The notes below the pieces were generated by a model. That model did not search any database. It was not told the DNA's origin and saw nothing but the letters and a program-made list of their open reading frames with translations. Of a stretch of DNA of 64,000 nt, positions 40,951 through 52,970 are shown piece by piece; position 1 is the stretch's first letter; each line of letters begins with the position of its first letter. The stretch spans positions 114,051,181 through 114,115,180 of the forward strand of contig NC_068982.1 of assembly GCF_001194135.2 (NCBI RefSeq), written 5' to 3'. A program made the position numbers and the translations under genes. This DNA is from Octopus bimaculoides (taxonomy: Eukaryota).

Positions 40951-41547
40951 ATATATGTATGTATGTANNNNNNNNNNNNNNNNNNNNNNNNNNNNNNNNN
41001 NNNNNNNNNNNNNNNNNNNNNNNNNNNNNNNNNNNNNNNNNNNNNNNNNNNNNNNNNNNNNNNNNNNNNNNNNNNNNNNNNNNNNNNNNNNNNNNNNNNN
41101 NNNNNNNNNNNNNNNNNNNNNNNNNNNNNNNNNNNNNNNNNNNNNNNNNNNNNNNNNNNNNNNNNNNNNNNNNNNNNNNNNNNNNNNNNNNNNNNNNNNN
41201 NNNNNNNNNNNNNNNNNNNNNNNNNNNNNNNNNNNNNNNNNNNNNNNNNNNNNNNNNNNNNNNNNNNNNNNNNNNNNNNNNNNNNNNNNNNNNNNNNNNN
41301 NNNNNNNNNNNNNNNNNNNNNNNNNNNNNNNNNNNNNNNNNNNNNNNNNNNNNNNNNNNNNNNNNNNNNNNNNNNNNNNNNNNNNNNNNNNNNNNNNNNN
41401 NNNNNNNNNNNNNNNNNNNNNNNNNNNNNNNNNNNNNNNNNNNNNNNNNNNNNNNNNNNNNNNNNNNNNNNNNNNNNNNNNNNNNNNNNNNNNNNNNNNN
41501 NNNNNNNNNNNNNNNNNNNNNNNNNNNNNNNNNNNNNNNNNNNNNNA

Positions 41548-42547
41548 AAACAGCTTAAATGTTTGGTGTATCAAGAAGTAGTCTCGAAAGTAACGACAGC
41601 CTTTGTGAAAGAGGGAAAAACCTCCTCGTCGAAACAAAACTCCGGAAGAAAACCAGATATTTCCGATAGAGACCATCGAACTGTTACGCGAATTGTTAGA
41701 AAAGATCACAAAAGTACAGCTCCCAAAATTACTGCAGAGCTTAATGACCGCCTCGAGAACCCAGTTTCCACAAAAACTGTTCGCCGGGAGCTGCACAAAG
41801 CCAGATTTCACCGGAGGACTGCAATCAGAAAACCACTACTTTCAAAAACAAACGTTGCAAAGCGTTTAGAGTGGAGTAAAAACCTGTAGAATTGGTCCCT
41901 AGAGCAGTGGAAGAATGTTATTTTCTCGGATGAGTCGTCCTTTACCTTATTTCCGACAACTGATCGAGTATACGTGTGAAAGCATTTGACCCAGACTGCC
42001 TTCTTCCAACTGTTAAACATGGAGGAGGATCTGTGATGATCTGGGGGACTATATCTTGGAAATCTGCTGGCCCAATGGGTTCCCTTCATCGCAGAAGTAA
42101 TAGTCAAGACTATTTGCGCATTTTATCTGATCAAATTCATCCTATGGTTTCGGAAATGTTTCAGGGAAGAAACGCAACCTTTCAGGATGATAATGCACCA
42201 GTTCACACAGCTAAAGTTGTTACTTAATGGCACGAGGAACATTCTAGTGAAGTTGAACATCTTATCTGGCCACAACAGTCCCCAGATCTCAATATTATCG
42301 AACATTTATGATACATTCTAGAAAAACAAGTAAGGAGTTGATATCCTCCACCATCATCACTACAAGAACTGGAGACTGTTTTAACTGTAAAATGGAAAAA
42401 AAATTCCTTTGGAAACAATTCAAACTTTGCACGAGTCCATACCTTGTAGAATTCAAGCTGTAATTACTTCCAAAGGCGGTCCTACCCTATATTAAAATAA
42501 ATTTGTTTGAAATTTTAAGGTGTTTCCATTATTTTGTCCAACCCCTG
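41548..42547 (+). mobile_element. Tc1-family transposon (DD36E spacing), decayed, left end in gap
   Basis: SGRKP..., VIFSDESSF, VKHGGGSVMIWG, FQDDNAPVH...WPQQSPDLNIIE with 36 codons between D and E. Right TIR ggtgtttccattattttgtccaacccctg ends 42547, followed by TA. Confidence 0.93.
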
Positions 42548-42562
42548 TATATGTATATATAT

Positions 42563-42706
42563 ATACAACGGGCTTCTTTCAGTTTCCGGCAAATCCATGC
42601 ACAAGGCTTTAGTTGGTCTGGGGCTATAGTAGAAGACATTTACCCAAGGTGTCACGCAGTGGGACTGAACTCGGAACTATGTGACTGAGAAGCAAACTTA
42701 CCACAC
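42563..42706 (-). mobile_element. SINE family B, 5' half
   Basis: gggcttctttcagtttcc...ggctatagtagaagacatttacccaaggtgtcacgcagtgggactgaactcggaac. Confidence 0.8.
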
Positions 42707-43154
42707 ATTTACGTCAAAGTCCCACCGGTGTTGAATTTACTTTTCTATGTTCTAAGGTTTTGGAAATAGTTATCGGTCAGAAACTAGTTAAAACAGAGAT
42801 TGTATAAACTATAGTTCATTTATTATTTTTTAGTAGTCTATTGCGAATTCGAGGAGTGAAATGTTTTAAACAACACAATTGTTAATATATTAAGTTTCGT
42901 TAATCTAGTTAAGAAACTATATTATAAGCAAAGATGAATTGTACAGGATTAAGCAAAAGTAATAAGATTAGTGTTTATAAAAACATTCTCCATGGTCTTT
43001 GGATAGACAGATCAAACTGATTCTCTCTATTACTTTTTTCCCCATTGTAACCTATTTACCAAATGTACTGTCTTACATGTGATCTATGAAAGAAAAACAT
43101 TATTTTTTTGTCGAAAAATGATTGTTTAAAAATATATTAGTTAATAGGAACAAG

Positions 43155-43300
43155 CAGAGTGTGAGGTCTAAAGCTTCGATTTACAAGCATACGGTTCCGA
43201 GTTCGATCCCACTGCATGACGCATTGTGCAAGTGCTTGCTGCTGTAGCTTCGAGTCGACCAATGAAAGCTGAGTAGAATTTGTGCGGGACCCCGTCGTAT
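43155..43300 (+). mobile_element. Degenerate SINE family B head
   Basis: ggttccgagttcgatcccactgcatgacgcattgtgcaagtg...gtcgaccaatgaaagctgagtagaatttg...cccgtcgtata. Confidence 0.55.
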
Positions 43301-45074
43301 ACCAATTACACACGCGCACAGGCATATTCATGTCAGTGCTTTCGCTTATGTAAACATTTTGCTGCACCTCTGTCAAAACTGGTTCGATAAATGAAGAGAT
43401 TGATCAAATAATTTCTGGGCTTGATACAGTCGACTAAAACCTTTGAGGCCGGTGAGCTTGTAGAGCCGCAATCCATGTAATAACTTAGTTAACGTCTATT
43501 TGAAAATAGCTACTACACTGACATAATCATTGTCTATACGTTTATATATTTACAGTTGAAATCTCTCACTGAAATATTTAGAATTTCAGCATCAAATTCT
43601 CAAAAAGCATCTTTCAACTACAACATTAACGAAGATAATCATCATAATCCTCATGGACAATGTTTTCCTCGTAACATAAATATAGAATATCGAAAATGTA
43701 TCATAAAATATAGAAAATGAAAAAAAAAAAAAAAAAATTAACTTCAGTTTCTTAGTTATATCTTCTCGTGAATACTATCCAATTATTGGTTCTTCTACAA
43801 TATTCAATAATTCTCATTTTGCTTAAGTGTTTCTGATTTAGTTTTGATGTAACATTAGTAAACGCTAAAGCAAACCTACTGATTAAACCTATAAACCTTA
43901 TTTCCTGTTCATTTCTTTAGCCAAAATAACTTTTATATGATTTATTTCAATATGTCCTGAATATGTGATTTGCTGGCTTCAGAAGTAATATTCACACTTA
44001 TGTTTCTCACATCATCTTCGCAAGATCCCATTTAAACACAAATGGCTATTCCACCAACCGGAGGAAAATTAATAACTGTGTATCCATTTACAGACATTGC
44101 TTCATATACGTCATTTCCATAGCTCGTTTATCTTCTCTTACTACTCAATGTATATACTTTTTGTGGAAAGCTTTACTGTGAATATATTTAGAATATGTTT
44201 CAGGCTACCATAAAATGCAACCCATAAACCATTTATAAGTCTTCTTTTATCGAAATATTAGAAATGTTTGACCGTAAAACTGTCAAGAAAGTCTTCTCCT
44301 CAAACTCTGTTTGATGAAAGTAGTTTTCCTTTGGGATACATATATGACAGAGAGAACTACGGAATCGCTTAGTCATGCCATAATTTTATTATTCCACCTA
44401 AAATAATATCGATATTTCACTACACAGTACTACTGACATCAGCTTGTTTTCAATCTCTATGGAAACATATCCACTCGATCCTCTTGTACAAATATCTGCA
44501 CTCCCCGTGGATTAGTTGTCGTTCAGCCTAATAAGATAGTTGCTTTAAAATAGATTCAATAGTCAGCGAGAATGTATCGAAACAATCCAGTCTAGTGTAA
44601 CTATATTTCGCTGTTTGAAATCTCTTTCTTTAATTATCAGATAGTGCATTCACTACAGTTTCATATATTTTATTGAAGACAAAGCAGATTGACCATTGTC
44701 AGTAAAAGCAAGCTTTATCCTATCATTCTACATAAATTATTGTCTTCCTATTATAACATGCTATGTTAGCTCTGAATGAGCAGACTTGTGACCAAAGTTA
44801 TCCAGTCGTGACCATCCCATCGTTTTGAATACTCGGACATACATTTTCCATTGCATTCTGCCTCTTTGAAACTGAAGGGTCTGAACTGATGGATATTTTC
44901 CTGCTGTTTCTAGTGTATTCAGTGACTATGTCGCAGCCAACTCGTTAGATAGGGATATCCTTAGAAATTACAAGAGTACTAATGTATGTAATATATGGAT
45001 ATAGTATTAATGTAATAGAAATTTTATAGAATTAATGCATGCTTCTGCAACTTATCAGATCTGCCACTGAAAGC

Positions 45075-45225
45075 ACGTGAGCTGGTGCTTAGAGTGTTCG
45101 CCTCTCGATCGTAAAGTCGTGAGTTCAATTACTGAACCTGCGTGCATTGTTCCCTTTAGCAAAGGACTTCGTTTTACGTTGCATTAGTCGAAAATGAGTA
45201 CCAGTTGATGCTGGTGTCTGACTGT
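45075..45225 (+). mobile_element. Degenerate tRNA-derived SINE fragment
   Basis: gagctggtgcttagagtgttcgcctctcgatcgtaaagtcgtgagttcaatt (A/B-box-like head). Confidence 0.45.
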
Positions 45226-45394
45226 CTGCTTCTCTGTCTCTCCTCCCTCCCCCTCTCTCTCCTTCCACCTGTTGTATCCTGGATGAGCCACTGGGTCACA
45301 GGATGGAAGAGTCGACAGAGTGACTGTGTTTGCTCACAACTTCATAAGTACCTAAAACATGGTTCGTGTTATCAAATCATAATCGCTCACGAGT

Positions 45395-45440
45395 AACGGC
45401 TAACTTCAACGGCTAACTTCAACGGCTAACTTCAACGGCT
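45395..45440. repeat. 13-bp tandem repeat (aacggctaacttc) x3.5
   Basis: Units at 45395, 45408 and 45421, partial unit at 45434. Confidence 0.9.
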
Positions 45441-45644
45441 GCTTGCTAAACTTGAGTTAAATGGGGAGGTAATATTGCCGTATTATTTTGTTGCTACTTT
45501 CAAATTAAAACGTATTTCTAAACTAGGTGAACACCACAGCCATATTTGTACGTTTTGGACGGGATGATATTCTCTGGAAATTCTTGCAATATTCTAACGT
45601 TGCTATTTCATAAGAGAAAGAATGAGCGTCAAACAAATCTCATT

Positions 45645-45645
45645 C

Positions 45646-45696
<51 letters not shown>

Positions 45697-45700
45697 CAGT
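45645..45700. repeat. (TAG)n microsatellite
   Basis: Direct reading. Confidence 0.95.
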
Positions 45701-45715
45701 AGTAGTAGTGATGAT

Positions 45716-45751
<36 letters not shown>

Positions 45752-45948
45752 NNNNNNNNNNNNNNNNNNNNNNNNNNNNNNNNNNNNNNNNNNNNNNNNN
45801 NNNNNNNNNNNNNNNNNNNNNNNNNNNNNNNNNNNNNNNNNNNNNNNNNNNNNNNNNNNNNNNNNNNNNNNNNNNNNNNNNNNNNNNNNNNNNNNNNNNN
45901 NNNNNNNNNNNNNNNNNNNNNNNNNNNNNNNNNNNNNNNNNNNNNNNN

Positions 45949-45998
<50 letters not shown>

Positions 45999-46084
45999 AA
46001 TAATAAATGAGTATATGCATATATACGTACAGGTATGTACATACCTACGTCTACCTGTATATATACATGCGTGTGTGTGTATGT

Positions 46085-46310
46085 GAGTGTGTCTATATGT
46101 CTGTGTTTGTCACCTCCCAGCCGCTTGGTAACCTGTGTTGGTGTGTTTAGCTAACCGCTAAGTTATGGAGACATAAGGGAACCGATAGAATAAGCACCAG
46201 ACTTAAAAATAAAAAAAGAACGTAAGTGCCGGAGTGGTTTATTCAGCTAAAGCCCTTCAAGTGAACGTCCCTGCAAGGCTGCAGTCCAATGACTGTAACA
46301 AGCAAGAAAT
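46085..46310 (+). mobile_element. Diverged SINE family B 3' half with internal micro-inversion
   Basis: tgtgtttgtcacctccc..cgcttggtaacc..gttggtgtgttt...accgatagaataagcacc...gcagtccaatgactgtaacaag. Confidence 0.65.
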
Positions 46311-46881
46311 AACACATCTATTAATGTACCTGTCTATCTACCTATCTAAATACATGTGTGTGTGTATGTGTGCGCACGTGTGTTTAATTCGAAGCCTAAA
46401 TATCCTGATATATGAATGATGGAAAAAAAAAAAAATTAGAATTGACAACAAGCATGCGTTTCTCGCATGAAAGATGTTAAGTTGGTACGGTAGTCGAAAC
46501 CAAACCGATAATTTGTCTCGTCATTAACAACATTCCAGCATCTATCTCTAGCGTTTACCTGATTTAGAGATATAATTTTATTTCAGTGCAACTAGCGCAG
46601 TAATATGGCTATTTGCAGTAATTATCTTTGTATGCAAAATAATTATGAATTGTAATATGAATTTTGAGAAACAGAATAGTATTTATCTTTTGATGTTTAC
46701 CGAACAATATGCAGCGGTTCGTTTTAATAGATGCAGTTTTTAAAAAAATGTTTCATGCGAGAATTTATTTTATTCAATATGCAGCTTTCTAGATTTTATA
46801 ATTCCTTCAAAGGCGAAATGTTTGTGTTACCATGTCAAGTCATCTAAATACAGTTGTTTGTAGTAGCAGCAGCAGCAGCAG

Positions 46882-46975
46882 AGAAGAAGAAGAAGAAGAA
46901 GAAGAAGAAGAAGAAGAAGAAGAAGAAGAAGAAGAAGAAGAAGAAGAAGAAGAAGAAGAAGAAGAAGAAGAAGAA
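46882..46975. repeat. (GAA)n microsatellite
   Basis: Direct reading. Confidence 0.95.
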
Positions 46976-49433
46976 TTCTTTTGNNNNNNNNNNAGAAGAA
47001 TTCTTTTGGTCGTAAAATGCAAGTGAACACATGAACATATAAATTTCTCGTAGACTAACTCTGATATTTTTCAACACCATACTATATAGGAATACAAAAG
47101 AGATTTCAAGCTCACTTACACACAAGCACTCAGTGTATCTGTGAGTGTACATATAAGTAATATATGTAAGTGTGTGTGAGTGTGTATGTACATACATACA
47201 TGTATATACAGACATACACACACATACATACACACACATACATACACACATTTTGTGAGAAGTCATGGTAGGTACTACTATCGTATATGTCACTCTTGAT
47301 ATATTAGCACTTCTATCTTTGGTTCAAGAGTATTTGAATATATTTATCAGCTGCTGATATATTATCGGAAATCTATCATAAATTTTAATTAATTATCTCT
47401 GTAAGAAAATACTTTACGAGTTTACAATCGTATAGTTTCTCGCTTAGCACTTAACATCTATTCGGGAGAATTTACATCATGGTCGAATAATGAATACCAA
47501 CAAGATAAACTAATTGGATCATGATCTAACGAGCACCTATGTGGTAGCTTGAGCTGCGCGACATAACAAACAATATCCTTCAAATCATACGTAACTATTT
47601 TTAAAAAGTGTGTGCGTGTGTGTGTGTCTTTGTACGTGCATATGTGTGTGTGTGTCCATTGTTAAGTTATCCTGAGAAGTGCTCAATAGAAATGTAGAGT
47701 ACAATAGTTTAATCAGGCCGGCCTAATCTCTCACTCTGGAATTAAAAGTCACGAGAATAGGCCATGTATATTAATATATATATATATATATATANNNNNN
47801 NNNNNNNNNNNNNNNNNNNNNNNNNNNNNNNNNNNNNNNNNNNNNNNNNNNNNNNNNNNNNNNNNNNNNNNNNNNNNNNNNNNNNNNNNNNNNNNNNNNN
47901 NNNNNNNNNNNNNNNNNNNNNNNNNNNNNNNNNNNNNNNNNNNNNNNNNNNNNNNNNNNNNNNNNNNNNNNNNNNNNNNNNNNNNNNNNNNNNNNNNNNN
48001 NNNNNNNNNNNNNNNNNNNNNNNNNNNNNNNNNNNNNNNNNNNNNNNNNNNNNNNNNNNNNNNNNNNNNNNNNNNNNNNNNNNNNNNNNNNNNNNNNNNN
48101 NNNNNNNNNNNNNNNNNNNNNNNNNNNNNNNNNNNNNNNNNNNNNNNNNNNNNNNNNNNNNNNNNNNNNNNNNNNNNNNNNNNNNNNNNNNNNNNNNNNN
48201 NNNNNNNNNNNNNNNNNNNNNNNNNNNNNNNNNNNNNNNNNNNNNNNNNNNNNNNNNNNNNNNNNNNNNNNNNNNNNNNNNNNNNNNNNNNNNNNNNNNN
48301 NNNNNNNTTGTATGATCGTGTATAGAGGAATATATTATTTTATTTAAAAGCGTTCCAACTCTGTCTGTTTTTTATGTTTTATTTATATTCTTGTAAAATT
48401 AATGTGGGATATAGAATATGAAATATATAATATAATATATAATATAAAAATGGATGGTACAATGAAATGAAGTATTGAATGTCATATTGAATATATGAAA
48501 TATTGAGTGTTCAATATAAAGGATTAAATATATAAAGGTATATATATATGTATATATATATGTATACATATATGTGTGTATATATGCATACATATATGTG
48601 TACATATATATGTGTATATATATATATATACATATAAATATACACACACATACATATATATATTCACATATACGTGTATGCATACGCACGCACAAACATA
48701 CGTACATATATACTCATATATATATACACACATACACGCATATACACACATACACACACATACGTACATGTGTGTGTGTCAGTGTGCGTCTGTATGTGTG
48801 TGCGTGTGTGTATGACAATTGACTGTCACATGTCCTATTGAGAATATTCCATAGAGACAAATGCTGCTATAGTACATCGTCTAAGAATTCAAGTTACTTC
48901 CAATGCATTGATGCGATCTTAATCACACGCGAATCATTAATGTAGCACTTGTACATTACAGCTACCCAATTAGAGTAATTGTATGAGTTGTATAAATCTA
49001 TTTTACAGACACACAAATGCAAGCATATGTGTTGACACATTACGGAAATGAAATGAAAAAACAAAAAAAGTTTTCTTCAATAGTTGCCTACACTCTTTGA
49101 TTGACAAAATTCAAATTCCTTCGTAAAAGTAGCTGCTGCTATTTTATTTCAAAGTCCACTGACTTTTATATGATTAATTTATGTATCATTAATTCAAAAT
49201 GTGCTTTGTTTCTAAAGAATTATTAATTTATTCCTCTAGTTGCTCAGTTGCAACGTTTTTCTTTATGTTAATTTAATTTTGGTTCTAAGAAGCGCTGACA
49301 ATAAAATAATAATTCTTGACTATTAAACAGCAAATATTGTCATTTGATGAGAAACATAACGAAAACAAAAGAAAACAATTCGCAATGATGCGGATATGAA
49401 TGCAAAGGAAAAACGAAAAAAAAAGAAAAGAAC

Positions 49434-49504
<71 letters not shown>

Positions 49505-50265
49505 TGCAATTCTGTACAATAATGTTCGAGTGTAGTTTGATATTGAAAGTATTCTTTTGTTTTTATCAATTGTAACAGTTAGATTATATTCGTCGTAAAG
49601 GCCTTGTGTGTGTGCGCGCGTGTGTGTATTAACCTAGAAATCATTTATTAGGATGTAAAATATATTTACAAAACTCTCATTGTGTCCCACACGTTGTATT
49701 AAAATAAATGTAATTGATTTGCAATAAGACAGCAACTTCAATTATTTTTTTTTATAAAGCAATATTTCTATTCCCATGAGATTTTACGAATTCACACGCA
49801 CACACAAACAAACAAACAGTTATCCTCATTTTACGTACGTTTTCCACTCTAGCTCAAGGTAGATGGCCGAATGCTGAGTTCTCATTCGGAGCACTGTCCT
49901 AGTATACGGGCCATATGCTCATATCTGTCATGCATTGTATGGGTAGACGACACTTTACAGAGTAAACGGTGTCACCGTTCCTTCGCCAACTACTTAACAG
50001 AATGTAATACAAGCATATAATCATGATACCATACGGAAGAGGCCTTGTCACGAGCGAAACTAAAGAGCCCTAGCTCTCCGTCTTTTGTGTTGTCTCTGAT
50101 CAATAAATATAAGTAAAAGTAGGTAGTCAGGATGTAGATAAAAACTATTTATTTAACGCTTTCGTCCCCTTCAGGGATTCATCATTCCTGATGACTCCTG
50201 AAGAGGGCGAAAGTGCTATATAAATAGCTGTTATGCAAATCCTGACTACCTTCTTTTTTTTAATA

Positions 50266-50526
50266 CAGTTTGGAGCAGAGAGAGTGGACATTTTTGAAAA
50301 GTTCACAAAATCATTATTTTTAGATGCAAACAAATTTTATTGATATTAATGTATTTGTATTGAATTAGCATTTGTCAAAATCAAGTGTGGAAAACAACGT
50401 CCATCATCTGGTGCCCGTTTTCATTGATGCGTTTCTGAAGATGTTCTTGGAAGTTGGCCTCCACTCTCTCCAGTATTGTTCTATCGATTTGGACGAGTTC
50501 CACGTGGTCCTCTCTGCCTCGCCCTG
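50266..50526 (-). mobile_element. Internally deleted Tc1/mariner element retaining the transposase C-terminus
   Basis: Minus frame ...ILERVEANFQEHLQKRINENGHQMMDVVFHT* resembles mariner-type C-termini. Degenerate TIRs (TA)cagtttggagcagaga / (TA)cagggcgaggcagaga. Confidence 0.6.
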
Positions 50527-51149
50527 TATATAAAATTTGTACATCACTTTAGACAATTTCTCTCTCACTCTCTCTGTCTATGTTTTTCTCTCTCTCTCAT
50601 ATGAATGTATGTATGTATACGCACACACACACATTTCAAGGGGTCGAGATAGCTTCTCTTTCAAGAATGTCATATTAAAAACACAGCGTATTCAAAGTTT
50701 ATATCTTTAATGATTTTTCACATATATTTATTAATCATTTATGTTTAGCATAGAACGATAACATAACTTTATTATCGTTTCTAAGGATTTCCACATTCAC
50801 GTACCTATGTCAGTGGCACTCATTCACATACGTATGTTAGTGGCACTATTATTACAACATCTTTAGTAGTAGGCAGCTCTTTACTAATGTCCTGAAATTG
50901 CGGAACGTTAGTAACAAGGCTGTTAGCTTTAACAGTAGGTGTCTTTTTCTTTTTAAATTTACTATAGGACGTTTTACTGAAGAGAAGAAGACGACGAAGA
51001 ACGTGAGACATTGTTCACTATATCATGGGATCAGACGACTACAAATCTCCGAGAATATACGAAAACAAATTAAGATAAATATGATCTTTCGAAATTATAT
51101 ACATAGATGTATATGTGTGTATATATAATTCTGATAGATTATTTATTCT

Positions 51150-51950
51150 AAAATACACCACGCTGATATTCTGGGTGCATCGTCAGTAATGTTTCTGGAG
51201 TGTTAGGGGTTTCGAGTTTTTCAACAACAGATGCTCTAGCCCAGTTGGTCCAGCCGGAGTTGATGAAACCGAAGCTTGCATCTCAGTAGTAGCAAACCAC
51301 TGGTCTTCCCTTTTTATCCGAAGTAGCCTTCTCTGCAACATCAGTGATGGGATTTATAGCTCTCTTCTTTACTGCGTCAGTAACTCCAAGCCCAGTCAGA
51401 GCTTTACAGAATGAACTTTACACAAAACCTCGACAACTTATTTTTGCTGCTCACAATGTTCCTACCAGACCCGATTTCTGTACTACTCTACCAGCTTCTG
51501 ACATTTGGCATGGTTCCTCTCACAAGCTCCCTACTTGCGTTCCTCCCAGCGCACAATCAGTTCCCACGTGCTCACCTGTCTGGTGGAATTTGAGAATATC
51601 ACTATGCCTGGGTGGAGTGGTCTTCATACAAATGTGATCTGTGAACTTTAACCTTTCCACGAGATCCACTCTCAATTGCTAGTCTGGGAATGTGGAACAC
51701 AGAAATGATGGTCATTGAAGTCCAATGAACTGGACTTCTCTCCAGCTCTGAGAAAAGTTATGATCTTCTTCATGAGATGGTATTTACTGGACTGAATGGC
51801 TGTCGATATCATCTCCGCAGCCACCCTGAGCACCTTGTCATGTTGCCCGTGGTAGCGGCTATCGGCTAAGGGTCTGAGGCAGTTTCTGAGTAGATGCCGA
51901 AGAGACCCTCTTTCAGTACATAAGGGACAGGACCGAGTGAAGGCCACTAG
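51150..51950 (-). mobile_element. HERO-like (restriction-like endonuclease) non-LTR retrotransposon, 5'-truncated 3' end
   Basis: CPLCTERGSLRHLLRNC...RYHGQHDKVL (CCHC), D*QLRVDL..LKF..HI, ELIVRWEE, SCRGFV, KRAI..ITDVAEKAT, then a 3' UTR with gaaaccc...acattactgacgatg. Confidence 0.8.
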
Positions 51951-51981
51951 ATAACTTTAGGTAAACATAGCAGGCCAAGAG

Positions 51982-52090
51982 TTTGCTGGTATTTAGATGC
52001 AAGCTGGGACTTGATAGGCTCCGGAAGTCTGATGTCAAAAGACCTGAAACCCGCTGAGACGCAAGAAACATCACTGACGATGCATGAGGA
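51982..52090 (+). mobile_element. Second HERO-like 3' UTR copy in opposite orientation
   Basis: tttgct...agatgcaagct...ctccgg...tctgatgtcaaaagacctgaaaccc...agaaacatcactgacgatgca is an inverted homologue of 51176-51297. Confidence 0.65.
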
Positions 52091-52796
52091 CGTGAGTAGG
52101 GTTGAGGTATGCGGGAGTGGCGTGGGGCATGTGGGAGTGCAATGTGTGAGGGTGGGGTGGATTACAGAAGCGAATAACAGAAAAAGTTTCATTGAATAAT
52201 ACTACAATCGTGTCATTAACATATTACCAGAGTATCGTTGCCGAAATATTATTTATAACATGAAGTAATACACTCTATCAGTTTTATTTCAGTAGTATTG
52301 GTAAAGGTCGACTCTCCAGGTATATATACAAACAGTTCATGCATACATGAATATACATACATACACATATATAAATACGTACATGTACATACTCTGTCTC
52401 ACGCACACGTGCACACCTGAACAGAATAGGTGAAGCCACCGACAAAATACTTTATGCTTTTTGATAATGTTCTCTGTCTTATGATTTCTAGCACTTTATT
52501 TTTCCAAAGTTGATAAATATATGTATTTGTTAAGTATTGTATGGGGTCATACAACTGACAGTAAAAGTGTTGTCTCAGCATGGCAACCGTCTAATGACTA
52601 AGATTAGAGTGATAGGGAAAGAGAGAAAAATTATGTGAATTTGTAAAATTATGGTGCGAGAGTGGACGGTAGGTTCGATTCAAACCCGGATGAATGACAG
52701 AGTTAGATAATATCGGAGGGGTTTAAATTCAGAATGTAAAGTTATACGTATAACTGAACAAAAAACATTTTGGTCGTGTCAGCCATTTTTAGCTCT

Positions 52797-52970
<174 letters not shown>

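Noticed and set aside
45395-45440. Regular short repeats as a possible CRISPR-like array
   Set aside because: Head-to-tail 13-bp units without spacers in eukaryotic DNA; a simple minisatellite.
46969-47008. Direct repeat agaagaattcttttg on both sides of a 10-N gap
   Set aside because: Most likely an unmerged contig overlap rather than a biological duplication.
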